Of a stretch of 64,000 bases of DNA, positions 1 through 9,087 are shown one piece after another (position 1 is the stretch's first letter; each line of letters begins with the position of its first letter). Made by a program: the position numbers and the translations under genes. The DNA is from Thermoanaerobaculia bacterium. GTDB lineage: Bacteria > Acidobacteriota > Thermoanaerobaculia > UBA5066 > Gp7-AA6. The notes beneath the pieces were generated by a model, which made no database searches, was not told where the DNA came from, and was given only the letters and a program-made list of their open reading frames with translations. Location of the stretch: contig DATBBK010000217.1 in NCBI GenBank assembly GCA_036271035.1, positions 3,833-67,832 on the forward strand. Reading direction: 5' to 3'.

Positions 1-140
1 TGGGGCGCTCTGGGCACGCCGATTCTCAACATTCGCGTCGTGCGCTGAAAGCGGCAGTCGGGTTTCCCAAGTGTCGGACTCGGCGCTTTTTCGGGCCGAG
101 AGGGGCAACGGGAGACCTGACCCCTCGGGTCGGACATCGT

Positions 141-527
141 TTGTCCCTGACCCGGCGCGATCCTGTCTTCGTGATCGGAGCGCTGATCGAGCCCGGGACG
201 TGGTGCCGCCAGCGCTGGTGCCGCGCGGATACGGCGAGAATCGCCGAGCACTTCGACGGCGACGGCTGCACGTGCCACGCCGCGGAGACGCCGGCGGACG
301 CGACTCCAAACGCCGAGTCCACTCCCCTGCCGTCCGGACCGCGCCGCGCGGATGCGCTCGACCAGCGGCTGACGATCCTGACCGCGAAGGCGTCGCGCCT
401 GCGGGCCTTCGCCTGCCGCGCCTGCGGCGCGCGGACGCGCCGGATGATCGAGGCGCCCGCGATGTTTTTCCGCTGCGAGGAGTGCGCGGCCGCGGATCGG
501 TGGCCCCCGGCGCGGCGACAGGCCTAG
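141..527 (+). CDS. hypothetical small Cys-rich (zinc-ribbon-like C-x2-C...C-x2-C) protein; start uncertain (TTG as listed, or upstream/GTG)
   Basis: ORF with high GC3 codon bias; paired CxxC motifs (CRAC...CEEC) at C-terminus; no recognisable family. Confidence 0.3.
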   Translation: MSLTRRDPVFVIGALIEPGTWCRQRWCRADTARIAEHFDGDGCTCHAAETPADATPNAESTPLPSGPRRADALDQRLTILTAKASRLRAFACRACGARTRRMIEAPAMFFRCEECAAADRWPPARRQA

Positions 528-565
528 AGTCTCGCGCGGCGCCGGCGCGATCGCGCGTCAGTGCG

Positions 566-1093
566 TCAGTGCTGTTGGGCGTCCCCGGACGCCGGCACGA
601 GCCGCAGGACGACGGCGCCGGACTCGTCGCGCAGCTCGAGGACATCTCCTCCGCCTTCGCCGCCTCCGCCGCCTCCGCCAGCCCGCCGCCATGAACGCGC
701 CGCCTCGATCGCGCCGAGGAACGCCTTCTCCTGCTCCATGAGCGGCGCGGCGCAGCCGCGGCGCGTCGTCGCGAGCGGGCCGATCCGGACGCGATCTCCG
801 TCGAAGAGGACCCGGCCCGAGAAACGATTGCAACCCGTCGTGCCGCTGACGTGTTCGAGGGAATCGAACGTGATCGCCGGAACGGACGCGGCGGCTTCGG
901 ATACGGCGGAGGGAGCGGAGGCGCGCCACGTCGTGCCGCTCAGGCCGCTCCCCGCGGCCGCCGGCGTCACGGCCGGCCGCGCCGCCGCGGACGTCTCGGG
1001 CGCCGCCGTGGTCGGAGTCGGCGTGCCCCCGCTCGACACCGCGCATCCGGCGGAGAGAGCCAGGAGGACGCCGGAGAGGACGATCCCGCGCAC
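566..1093 (-). CDS. META/HslJ-like (DUF306) lipoprotein
   Basis: C-terminal part of ORF 566..1369; lipoprotein signal MRGIVLSGVLLALSAGC if GTG at 1093 (TTG at 1111 also possible); HslJ-like motifs (TGCNRFSG...IGPLATTRRGC...EQEKAFL). Confidence 0.5.
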   Translation of the reverse strand: MRGIVLSGVLLALSAGCAVSSGGTPTPTTAAPETSAAARPAVTPAAAGSGLSGTTWRASAPSAVSEAAASVPAITFDSLEHVSGTTGCNRFSGRVLFDGDRVRIGPLATTRRGCAAPLMEQEKAFLGAIEAARSWRRAGGGGGGGEGGGDVLELRDESGAVVLRLVPASGDAQQH

Positions 1094-1168
1094 CCACCCA
1101 TTCTGGCGCAACCGAGCGGCGATAATGCGCCGCCGGCCGGCGACACGAGAACGAGCAGAGGAGGAGTC

Positions 1169-1684
1169 ATGCCGCGGCCCATTCGCACGCCCGACGACAT
1201 CATCGATCTCTTCGCCTTCGGACGGTGGGCCAACGACAAGATCTGCGAGGCGGTCGGCGAGCTCGACGACGACGCGTTCGGGCATGAGTCCGGCGGCAGC
1301 TTCGGCTCGGTGCGCGGCACGCTGCTGCACCTCTACGGGGCGGACTGGGTCTGGCTCGAGCGGTTCCACGGGCGCTCGCCGCGGGCCATGCCCGACGAGC
1401 CCGAGCCGATCCGGACGCTCGCCCAGGTGCGGGCGAAGTGGGACGGAGTCCAGGAGCAGCTCCGCGTCTTCGTGGGCGGGTTGACGCCCTCCGATCTGGC
1501 CTCATCGCTCGGCTACACGAGCTTCGCCGGCGAGGCGTTCACGCGCGTCCTGAGCGACGCGCTCGTGCACCTCGTCAACCATGGGACGTATCACCGCGGT
1601 CAGGTCGTGACGCTGCTGCGCCAGCTCGGCAAGTCGGCGCCCTCGACGGACTTCCTGCGTTACCTGGACGCGGCGAAGCTGTAG
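1169..1684 (+). CDS. DinB/DUF664 family damage-inducible protein
   Basis: ATG at 1169 preceded by GAGGAGG RBS; DinB-like HxxxH...HRGQ motifs (LLHLYGADWVW...NHGTYHRGQ). Confidence 0.7.
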   Translation: MPRPIRTPDDIIDLFAFGRWANDKICEAVGELDDDAFGHESGGSFGSVRGTLLHLYGADWVWLERFHGRSPRAMPDEPEPIRTLAQVRAKWDGVQEQLRVFVGGLTPSDLASSLGYTSFAGEAFTRVLSDALVHLVNHGTYHRGQVVTLLRQLGKSAPSTDFLRYLDAAKL

Positions 1685-1846
1685 GACGGTGCGTTTCAGA
1701 CAACCCGGCGACTCTCGCCAGCGATCGTAGGGGCGGCCCTCGCGGCCGCCCGCTTCGAGGCGTTGGCCGGAGATTCCCTCTACGAAGCGAACAGAAGAGC
1801 CTCTATTAACTATTGTCGCGAGCCGGACCACCGGCGGCCGACAGGC

Positions 1847-1877
1847 AAAAAAAGAGGCGGGCTTGGAAGCCCGCCTC
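1847..1877 (-). terminator. rho-independent terminator for the proline-rich protein gene (minus strand)
   Basis: perfect 9-bp stem GAGGCGGGC/GCCCGCCTC with 6-nt loop; on the minus strand followed by a T7 run; about 45 nt downstream of the stop at 1922. Confidence 0.5.
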
Positions 1878-1921
1878 GGCGAAAGGTTCGATTCCTCTAG
1901 AACGTCTTCATCTGAGTATTG

Positions 1922-2680
1922 TCACGAGTGATACACGGGCGGATGGGCCGGAGGCGGCGCCGTCCGATCGAAGATCGAGAGGCTCTCGTCGGTGCGCCGG
2001 CGCGATGCCATCGTGACCACGCCGATCAGGCCGAGCAGAAACAGCGCGCCGAGAATCCAGGGCGCCGCCGAGTGCTTCTTCGTCGTGGTGGTCTCCGTGC
2101 TCACCGCGTCGCTGCGCGCCGCAGTCGCGTCGGCCGCGTTCGCCGGGGGCACCGCGCTCGGCGCCGCCACGTCGCCCGAGCCGCCAGCCGGAGGCGGCGG
2201 AGGCGGGACGTTGCTATCGGAGCCTGGGTTCACGCTCGCCGCGCCCGCCGCGCTCGACGGTGCGGACGAGGACGAGGTGCTCGCCGGAGGCTGCGCGTTC
2301 GCGGGCTGCTCCTCCTGCACCTTCTCCTTCTTCGGAGTCTGCGACTTCTTGGTGCTCTTCGAGCTCTTCGTCGTCGTGGCCTTGGTCTGCGAAGTCGTCG
2401 CTGAATCCTCGGCCTGCTGAGCCGTCTCGGGGGCCGGCGCCGCGTTCTGAGCGGGCGGCGGCTGGACCGCCGTCGACTGCGGAATCGTTCCCGAATCCGG
2501 AGTCACCGGATTGCCGGGAGGAGTCGTCGCCTGTGTATCGACGGGGGCCGGCGGCTGCTGCGCCGTCGCGCTCGGATCATTTGCCGGGGGATTCGGATTG
2601 GGACTCGGATCCTGCGCACTGAGAGTCGCCGCGAACAGGATCGCCGCGGCGGAGATGAACAGACCACACTTCGACCGCAT
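1922..2680 (-). CDS. secreted proline/threonine-rich low-complexity protein with C-terminal membrane anchor
   Basis: N-terminal signal peptide (MRSKCGLFISAAAILFAATLSAQ), Pro-rich repeats, C-terminal hydrophobic helix (WILGALFLLGLIGVV) followed by RRR. Confidence 0.5.
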   Translation of the reverse strand: MRSKCGLFISAAAILFAATLSAQDPSPNPNPPANDPSATAQQPPAPVDTQATTPPGNPVTPDSGTIPQSTAVQPPPAQNAAPAPETAQQAEDSATTSQTKATTTKSSKSTKKSQTPKKEKVQEEQPANAQPPASTSSSSAPSSAAGAASVNPGSDSNVPPPPPPAGGSGDVAAPSAVPPANAADATAARSDAVSTETTTTKKHSAAPWILGALFLLGLIGVVTMASRRRTDESLSIFDRTAPPPAHPPVYHS

Positions 2681-2926
2681 GATGTCTTCTGCCTTTCTGA
2701 CCCGAGCGACCGGGTCTCAGATCGGCGTCCGCGGCGATCCGCGTGACGCGCACGCACCCATCGAAAGAGCAGGATCCATGCCATTCCACAATTTCGAATT
2801 ACTCAGGGATTTTCTGAATCCATTCGCACCGACGATGCATTCGTGCACTGGGATTTGCACGCGGAGAATGACGTCGGCGAAGAGAAGAGGAGAGACTGAT
2901 CCGCGAGAGCAGTGAATCGCGAAGAC

Positions 2927-3355
2927 CTAGTGGTCCGCGAGGAGGCGTTCGATCCGCTCCTCGAGGACGCGGAGCGGAAACGGCTTGTAGAGATATGCGT
3001 CGGCGCCGACGGTCTTCGCGCGCTCGAGGCGCTCCGCGTGGCCCGAGATCAGGATGACGGGGATGCGCGCGCCCGAGGCCCGCGCCGCGAGAACGAGCTC
3101 CTCGCCGGCGAGGAGAGGCATCAAAACGTCGGAGACCACGAGGTCGATCGAGCCGTCGTGAATGAGCCTCAGAGCCTTTTCGCCGTCCGTCGCCGTCAGC
3201 ACCTCGTAGTGCGCGCCGAGCAGGACCTCCAGCGCCTCGAGAATGGCGAGGTCGTCGTCGACGATCAGGATCCGCCGCTCCCGCAGCGGCCGGTTGTCGG
3301 CGGCACGCGGGCTCCGTGTCCTCGCCGCGCGTGCGCCGTCCTGGTCGGCGTCCAT
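2927..3355 (-). CDS. response regulator receiver (CheY-like, single domain)
   Basis: ILIVDDD...D...SGH...K receiver motifs; ATG at 3355 is 6 nt downstream of the HK stop (3361). Confidence 0.8.
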   Translation of the reverse strand: MDADQDGARAARTRSPRAADNRPLRERRILIVDDDLAILEALEVLLGAHYEVLTATDGEKALRLIHDGSIDLVVSDVLMPLLAGEELVLAARASGARIPVILISGHAERLERAKTVGADAYLYKPFPLRVLEERIERLLADH

Positions 3356-3360
3356 CTCGA

Positions 3361-5337
3361 TCAGTGCTCGACGGACCGCCCGGGAAACTCCATCCCGAGC
3401 GACCGTTCCAGCGCCGCGAGACGGTCGAGGATCTCGCCCGGCGCGACCGGCTTGACGAGGTGCAGGTCGAAGCCCGCCTCTCGGGAGCGGAACCGGTCGA
3501 TCTCCTGGCCCCATCCCGTGAGCGCGATCAGATAGATGTCGCGGCCCCACCGCTCGCTGCGAATCGCGCGCGCCGCGTCGTAGCCGTTCATGCGAGGCAT
3601 GCCGATGTCGAGCAGCACCGCGTGAGGGCGGAACGCCGCCGCCTCCGCGACGGCCGCCGACCCGTCGTGCGCCATCCGGACCTCGTTGCCCGTCATCTCG
3701 AGGAGCATGCCGAGGCTCTTCGCGGAGTCCTCCTTGTCGTCCACGACCAGGACCCGAAGGGCCGTCCGCCGGAGCGCGCGCTGCGCCGCCGCGCGCGGCC
3801 GCTCCTCATCCTGCCGGGTCTGCGCGACGGGAATCCGGATCGTGAACTCGCTGCCGCGCCCGGCGCCCGCGCTGCGCGCCTCGATCGTTCCGCCGTGCAG
3901 ATGCACGAGCCGTCTCGCGAGCGTCAGCCCGATCCCGAGGCCGCTCTGCGCCCGCTCGAAGACCGGGTTCAGCTGGGTGAACATCTCGAAGATCGTCGCG
4001 AGCTTGTCGTCGGGGATCCCGATCCCCGTATCGCGCACGACGATCACCGCGTTATCGCGCTCGCGCGCGGCCGTGAGCAGGATGATCCCGCCCCGCTCGG
4101 TGTACTTCGCCGCGTTGTGAAGGAGGTTCGCGAGGACCTGCGCGAGGCGCTCGCGGTCGGCGTCGACCACGACGCGAGGATCCGCCGTCACCGTCAGGCG
4201 GTGCTCGCACTGCTCCAGGATCGGCCGGCTGGCCTCGACGGCGTCCTTGATGATCTCGCCGATCTCGATGCGCTCCTTGCGCAGCTCGAGGCGATTCATG
4301 GTGATCCGCGAGACGTCGAGCAGATCGTCGACGAGCCGCGTCATGTGCTGCATCTGGCGTTCGATGATCTCGAGCGCCCAGTCGAGCTCGGGCGACGCCG
4401 CGCCTCTCAGGCGCAGGATCTCGGTCGCGTTGCGGATCGGCGAGAGCGGGTTTCTCAGCTCGTGGGCGAGCGTCGCCAGAAACTCGTTCTTCGCGCGGTC
4501 CGCCTCCTTGAGCTCGCGCTCGGCGCGCTTGCGCTCCGTCAGGTCGGCGAAGAGAAGCAGCACGCCGTCGATGGAGCCCGTCGCGCTCCGCAGCGGCGCG
4601 GCGGACATGCTCACGTCCACGCGCTGGCCGCTCTTGGTGAGTCGGTACGTCTCCAGGTTCGGGAACGAGTCCCCGCGCGCGACCAGCGCGCGGTGGCTCG
4701 CGCTCTCGACCCGCTTCTCCTCCGGCACGATCGGAATCGGTTTGCCGACGACTTCGTCCGCGGTCCAGCCGAAGAGTCCCTGGGCGGCGGGGTTCCAGAA
4801 GCGGACGATGGGAGGATCCGGATCGATCACGACGATGGGAACCGGCGACGCCTCGATCAGCAGTTGCCGCGTCTCGACGGACTCGCCCGCCGGGGCGTGG
4901 GACCGGCGCTGCTCCGTGATGTCGACCACGACGTTGAGCGCCCCCAGCACCCGCCCCTGGTCGTCGAAGATCGGATTCACGAAGGCGAGCGCGTCGACCC
5001 GCCGGCCGTCCGGCCGCTCGATCGAGATCGCGTTGCCATTGAAGTCGCGGCCTTCGCGGAGAGCCAGCGCCATCCAGCATTCGGAGTGGGAGACCGGCCG
5101 CCCATCCGCGTCGAACAGCTTGAAGGAGCCGCAGAAGCGATCGTCCGGATGATTCAGCTTCGGCTCGCGGCCCCAGATCGCGGCGGCCCGTGAATTGAAG
5201 TACGTGATCAGGCCATCCGCGTCGCACATGTACGCCGCCGCGGGGAGTCGGCTGAGCGCGGACTCGAGGCGGACGCGGCGCGGCACGCCTCCGACCTCGC
5301 GAGACGCCGCCGCCGACACGAACTGTTCCGAACTCAT
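3361..5337 (-). CDS. hybrid sensor histidine kinase (2x PAS, HisKA, HATPase_c, C-terminal receiver)
   Basis: H-box LATLAHELRNPL, N/G boxes (NLLHNAAKYT, DTGIGI, GLGIGL), C-terminal receiver (VLVVDD...D...K). Confidence 0.85.
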   Translation of the reverse strand: MSSEQFVSAAASREVGGVPRRVRLESALSRLPAAAYMCDADGLITYFNSRAAAIWGREPKLNHPDDRFCGSFKLFDADGRPVSHSECWMALALREGRDFNGNAISIERPDGRRVDALAFVNPIFDDQGRVLGALNVVVDITEQRRSHAPAGESVETRQLLIEASPVPIVVIDPDPPIVRFWNPAAQGLFGWTADEVVGKPIPIVPEEKRVESASHRALVARGDSFPNLETYRLTKSGQRVDVSMSAAPLRSATGSIDGVLLLFADLTERKRAERELKEADRAKNEFLATLAHELRNPLSPIRNATEILRLRGAASPELDWALEIIERQMQHMTRLVDDLLDVSRITMNRLELRKERIEIGEIIKDAVEASRPILEQCEHRLTVTADPRVVVDADRERLAQVLANLLHNAAKYTERGGIILLTAARERDNAVIVVRDTGIGIPDDKLATIFEMFTQLNPVFERAQSGLGIGLTLARRLVHLHGGTIEARSAGAGRGSEFTIRIPVAQTRQDEERPRAAAQRALRRTALRVLVVDDKEDSAKSLGMLLEMTGNEVRMAHDGSAAVAEAAAFRPHAVLLDIGMPRMNGYDAARAIRSERWGRDIYLIALTGWGQEIDRFRSREAGFDLHLVKPVAPGEILDRLAALERSLGMEFPGRSVEH

Positions 5338-5488
5338 CCCAGGCTTTCCTCCCCGAAGGGCGATTGACGAATCAGGTGTTTAGGCCCAAGCAAGAATCGC
5401 GCCCTCGAATCCCCGCGGGCCGTCGTAAATCACTGCAAATACATGAAGAAAGTGACGAAAGAGCGCTGTCCGTCGGGTGAACACCTGA

Positions 5489-7114
5489 GTGGCTATGGGT
5501 CAAGCCGCCGGGCGACCGAATTGGCGCGGAAGAACCCTCCCCCGGCTACGGGGATTCCCCGACACGGGCGACCGTCCCTTCCGCGCCTCGGCGGGACGCG
5601 CGGAAGGACGGCCAGTCCGGATTCGTCCTCGTCATCCCGGTGCGCGTCTTGCTACGTCGACCGGCGTGGGCATTCTCCAGGGACTCATCGCATGGCTTCG
5701 CAAGTCCGCGGGCAAGATCGTTCAGGCGATCTTCGGGTGGGCGGTCCGCGCGCTGTTCGGCACTCCCGAGGAGAGCGAGAAGCCGATGCTCTCGGCCGTC
5801 GTCGCCGGCGCCGCCGCGTGGCCGCTGCTCTTGATCGGGATCCCCTTCCCGAAGATCGCGGCGTTCGTCATCGCCTTCGTTCCCATCCCGAAATGGGTGG
5901 CCTCTGGGTGGATCCGCGCGATCTGGATCGTCCTGGCGGCTGCCGTTCCCGTCGCGGTCGGCATCGCGCTCGCGAGCCGCGGCGCCGAGAGGCAGCGACG
6001 CGGTGCCTGGAGCACCGCGCTCCACGGCTTTCCGGTTACGGCCGCGCTCTCGATGGCGTTCCTGACGGCGTTTCTCACGTCCCCGATCCGCCGCATCGTC
6101 GCGGCCGCGAAACGGCGGGAGGACGTCACGATTCCGTTGCTCCTCGGACGCGATCAGTACGCCGCCGCCGCTGAGACGATCCGCTCGACGCTCGAGGAGC
6201 ACGAGCTCCCGGCGCGGCGCGCGAAGCCGCCCTGGCTCTTGACCGCCCCCTCGCGCGTGCTGCGCGCGCTCGGCGGATCGATGCTGCGCGACCGCATCCC
6301 GCGCGAACTGTGCTTCTATCGCGGCGAGTCGATCGACGTCGTCGTGAACCCGAACGGGGTCACGCTGCAGGCGGAGAAGGAGACCGCGGCGCGCGCGCAC
6401 GCGCTGATCTGCGAGATGGCGACGCTCGGGCCGGGTCTCCAGACGGTGGACTCGGACGCGCAGCGCATCGAGCGAAGCCTGAAGGACGTCTGCCAGGTCT
6501 TCATGCGCGACCCGGCCAGTCACACGGGCTCGGCGGTCCTGCTCGAGCGTCTCGATGAGATCGGACAGGAGCTCGAGCACACGCATCTTCCGTACGACGA
6601 TTGGCAGGTGCTGTATCGCGAGATTCTCCAGATGGCTCGCGCCATCCGGGGACGTCCCCAGATTCTCGGAACCGAAAGGAGAGACCCAATGGAGGAGGAA
6701 CGGAAGCCTCGCGAGGCATGGCCGCCGCGGCCGGCGCGGGGCATCACGTCGATGTCGACGCCTCAGCTCGTCGCGGGACTGACGACGCAGATGCGAGAGC
6801 TCGCGCGCAAGGAAGTCGAGCTCGCGAAGGCCGAGCTCCGTGTCGACCTGAAGGCGGAGGCGAAGTCGGTGACCTGGTTCGCGGCGGCCGCGATCACGGG
6901 TCTGTGCTTCGTCAACATGCTCTTCGTGGCCGCCGCGCTTTTGGTCGCGCGCTGGCTCGATCCGCCGATCGCGGCGCTGGCGGTCGCCGGGCTGCTGCTC
7001 GTGCTGGGGGTGATCTTCGGACTGGCCGGGAAGGCGTCGCTGGTCAAGCCGATGGAGACGACGCGCAGAACACTGAACGAGAGCTGGTCATGGGCAAAGA
7101 ACCGAATCGCGTGA
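5489..7114 (+). CDS. membrane protein: N-terminal TM region + ~230-aa unknown cytoplasmic domain + C-terminal YqjE/holin-X (Phage_holin_3_6, DUF1469)-like module; start uncertain (GTG 5666 or ATG 5786 are alternatives)
   Basis: single uninterrupted frame; last ~110 aa (TTQMRELARKEVELAKAELRVDLKAEAKS + 2 TM helices) match the holin-X/YqjE family pattern; N-terminus has 3-4 predicted TM helices. Confidence 0.5.
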   Translation: MAMGQAAGRPNWRGRTLPRLRGFPDTGDRPFRASAGRAEGRPVRIRPRHPGARLATSTGVGILQGLIAWLRKSAGKIVQAIFGWAVRALFGTPEESEKPMLSAVVAGAAAWPLLLIGIPFPKIAAFVIAFVPIPKWVASGWIRAIWIVLAAAVPVAVGIALASRGAERQRRGAWSTALHGFPVTAALSMAFLTAFLTSPIRRIVAAAKRREDVTIPLLLGRDQYAAAAETIRSTLEEHELPARRAKPPWLLTAPSRVLRALGGSMLRDRIPRELCFYRGESIDVVVNPNGVTLQAEKETAARAHALICEMATLGPGLQTVDSDAQRIERSLKDVCQVFMRDPASHTGSAVLLERLDEIGQELEHTHLPYDDWQVLYREILQMARAIRGRPQILGTERRDPMEEERKPREAWPPRPARGITSMSTPQLVAGLTTQMRELARKEVELAKAELRVDLKAEAKSVTWFAAAAITGLCFVNMLFVAAALLVARWLDPPIAALAVAGLLLVLGVIFGLAGKASLVKPMETTRRTLNESWSWAKNRIA

Positions 7115-7665
7115 GCTACGCGGCGGCGGAGCCGCGCGACTTGAGGGATGACGTCGCGCGCGCCTCGCGAGACGACGCGGAGCGCGCATTTCGCGAGAGC
7201 CTCGACCGATCCTCGCGGAGGGACCCGGAGCACTCTCGGCGAGACCAGCGCGCGTCGAAAGACGACGACCGGAAAGCCGACTCGCCTCGAGACCTGAAGC
7301 GCCTCGAGTGGGAGATCAAACGCACGCGCCGCCGTCTCGACGAGTACGTGAGCGAGATCGACCGCAGGCGCCACCGGCTCCTCGCCGTGCGCGAGCATCC
7401 GTGGGCGGCGGCCGGCGCGGCGCTCGGCGCGGTCGGTCTCGCGGTCGGGATCGTCGTCCTCGTGCGGCGCCGGGCCGCGACGCGCCGGCGAGTGCGGACC
7501 CGATCGACGAGCCTGCGCGAGGCGTTCGGCCGCATGCTCGATCATCCGGAGCGGATCGCGTCCGAGGGGAAGAGTCCGTGGTCGCGGGTCCTGGTCGCGG
7601 TCGCACCGATCGTCGTCAAGAAGGTGGCGGACGCAGCGCTCCGGCGGCGCCGCACCCGCGCCTAG
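7090..7665 (+). CDS. DUF3618 / YqjD-ElaB-like membrane-anchored protein (charged coiled-coil N-terminus + single C-terminal TM)
   Basis: ATG at 7090 overlaps the end of the upstream gene by 25 nt; LEWEIKRTRRRLDEYVSEIDRRR followed by HPWAAAGAALGAVGLAVGIVVLVRRR; typical partner of holin-X/YqjE genes. Confidence 0.55.
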   Translation: MGKEPNRVSYAAAEPRDLRDDVARASRDDAERAFRESLDRSSRRDPEHSRRDQRASKDDDRKADSPRDLKRLEWEIKRTRRRLDEYVSEIDRRRHRLLAVREHPWAAAGAALGAVGLAVGIVVLVRRRAATRRRVRTRSTSLREAFGRMLDHPERIASEGKSPWSRVLVAVAPIVVKKVADAALRRRRTRA

Positions 7666-7695
7666 ACGCCGGACGCCCGAGCTCGATGCCTGAGG

Positions 7696-8406
7696 TCAGC
7701 CTCGAGGCTTCCGCGCCGCCTTGCGACGCGGCGCGGCGACCCGCCGGATCGCGGGTCCCTCGCCGCCCGCCCAGGTGAGCTCGTACGAGTCCGCCTTGCG
7801 CACGTTGCCGACGACCGCCGGACGGAAGCACGCGATGTTCGTGCCGGCGCGCCGGCGCACGCTCGGATAGACGACGCCGAGCGAGCCCGCGTCGAGCAGC
7901 TGACCCGCGAGCCGCTGCGACGCGACGTAGCTGTCGGGCTCGAGGCAGTCCGCGTGGGAGCGGTCGCCGCGGAGGTCGTGGAGGTCCGCGCTGACGTCGG
8001 AGAGGTAGTCGTCGTAGACGATCGTCTCGTCGAGCCACCCCGTCTCTACGAGCTCGATCGACTTGTGGAACGCGACCTCCGCCTGCGCGGTCTCCGCCTC
8101 GAAGGCCGCGTACCAGGCGCCCCGGTCGGGCCCGTTGAAGCGGCCGCCGACCGGGCTCGCATGACAGAAAGACGCGTTGACGATCCGGAAGTACGGGACG
8201 CCGAAGACGAGCTCGTGCGGCCGGACCCCCGGGAGAAGGTTGTTCTCGGCGAGGATGCGGTCGTTCGTCGCCGCGTCGATCTCGAAGATGTCCTGCAGGT
8301 GCGCGTCGTCGTCCGCGATGCGCGCGAGCACGGTCTCGCCGTGGCGCGCCGGAACGAGGCGGTGCGTGTCGTAACGCCGAACGAGGCGGACCGGGGGAAG
8401 GCTCAC
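7696..8406 (-). CDS. RES-domain toxin (RES-Xre TA system, MbcT/ParT-like)
   Basis: RES-domain motifs (R...Y...E...S: RFNGPDRGAWYAAFEAETAQAEV...SQRL...GVVYPS); GTG start overlaps the antitoxin stop (GTGA). Confidence 0.8.
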   Translation of the reverse strand: MSLPPVRLVRRYDTHRLVPARHGETVLARIADDDAHLQDIFEIDAATNDRILAENNLLPGVRPHELVFGVPYFRIVNASFCHASPVGGRFNGPDRGAWYAAFEAETAQAEVAFHKSIELVETGWLDETIVYDDYLSDVSADLHDLRGDRSHADCLEPDSYVASQRLAGQLLDAGSLGVVYPSVRRRAGTNIACFRPAVVGNVRKADSYELTWAGGEGPAIRRVAAPRRKAARKPRG

Positions 8407-8849
8407 AGCCCGCCGCGGCGCGAGTCGAGGAGACGCCGGACCGTCTGGAGCGCCGGGATTCCTCCCCTGCGGACGTACTCGAGCGGAGGCTCGCCTCCGA
8501 AGATGGAGTTGGAGTTCGGCCGGCGCATCCACGCGTCGGCGAGCGCCGTCGAGTAGAGGATGTTGAGCGCCTTGAAGATGCCGACGAGATACGAGACGCG
8601 AAGCAGCTCGTCGGCGTTCAGGAGCTTCTTCTCGCGCCGCTTGATGGCGTGGAGCGTGCCGTTCGAGACGCCGCCGAGCAGCTCGCGCGCGTCCTCGTCC
8701 TTGACGTCCCAGCGATCCATGACGTTCAGGAACGCGCGCAGCGCCGAGGGGCTCAGGCGCTCGCGTGTCGCGCGGCTGCCGAGGTCGACGAGCGGCTCGG
8801 GGCCGTAGCGGGTCCGGGGCTCGACGGGGCGCTTCGGCGTCGCATCCAT
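8403..8849 (-). CDS. Xre-like antitoxin with DUF2384 (MbcA/ParS-type) domain
   Basis: DUF2384-like C-terminus (LLGGVSNGTLHAIKRRE...ADAWMRRPN...GGEPPLEY); immediately upstream of and overlapping the RES toxin. Confidence 0.8.
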   Translation of the reverse strand: MDATPKRPVEPRTRYGPEPLVDLGSRATRERLSPSALRAFLNVMDRWDVKDEDARELLGGVSNGTLHAIKRREKKLLNADELLRVSYLVGIFKALNILYSTALADAWMRRPNSNSIFGGEPPLEYVRRGGIPALQTVRRLLDSRRGGL

Positions 8850-8855
8850 AAGTGT

Positions 8856-8874
8856 ATTCTAATATATACAGAAT
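8856..8874. promoter_or_regulatory. AT-rich palindrome ATTCT-N9-AGAAT in the TA promoter region (candidate antitoxin operator / -10 region)
   Basis: 5-bp perfect inverted arms around AATATATAC in an otherwise ~70% GC genome; 7 nt upstream of the antitoxin ATG. Confidence 0.35.
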
Positions 8875-9087
8875 TGGAGTCAAGCGGCCGCGCCGACACC
8901 CCGCAGCGGCGCCGCTACGTCCGGCCGACGCACGCTTCGGTGGAGTGGGATCTCCCCATTCGCTCGGCGCAATCCATATTCCATCGAGACGACCCGGGCA
9001 CCCCTCCTGCACACTGCGGGGACTGGGCGGCGGCGGCGTAGCGCCGCGCCCGTCTTCGCAGGGGCGGCCTCGCGGCCGCCCGCGCCG

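Noticed and set aside
71-694. ORFs 26..322(-), 71..694(+), 558..1097(-), 561..1484(+)
   Set aside because: Overlapping frames with junk composition around the HslJ-like and DinB genes.
4052-5227. Long antisense or alternative-frame ORFs throughout, e.g. 4052..5227(-), 3316..5193(+), 33519..35930(-), 45396..48158(-), 43099..44358(-), 49961..51526(+), 27416..29401(-)
   Set aside because: Arg/Ala/Gly/Pro-rich translations without recognisable domains. They mirror well-supported genes on the opposite strand or frame, which is typical of stop-codon-poor ~70% GC DNA.
5443-6174. ORF 5443..6174(+) and ORF 6601..7089 upstream part of the DUF3618 ORF
   Set aside because: Alternative frames of the membrane-protein gene with junk composition. 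The DUF3618 gene starts at ATG 7090.
8915-9087. GC-rich hairpin GGGGCGGCC-tcgc-GGCCGCCC downstream of the DUF1801 gene as a terminator
   Set aside because: No U-tract in the transcribed orientation. It may still act as a stabilising stem but is not supportable as an intrinsic terminator.
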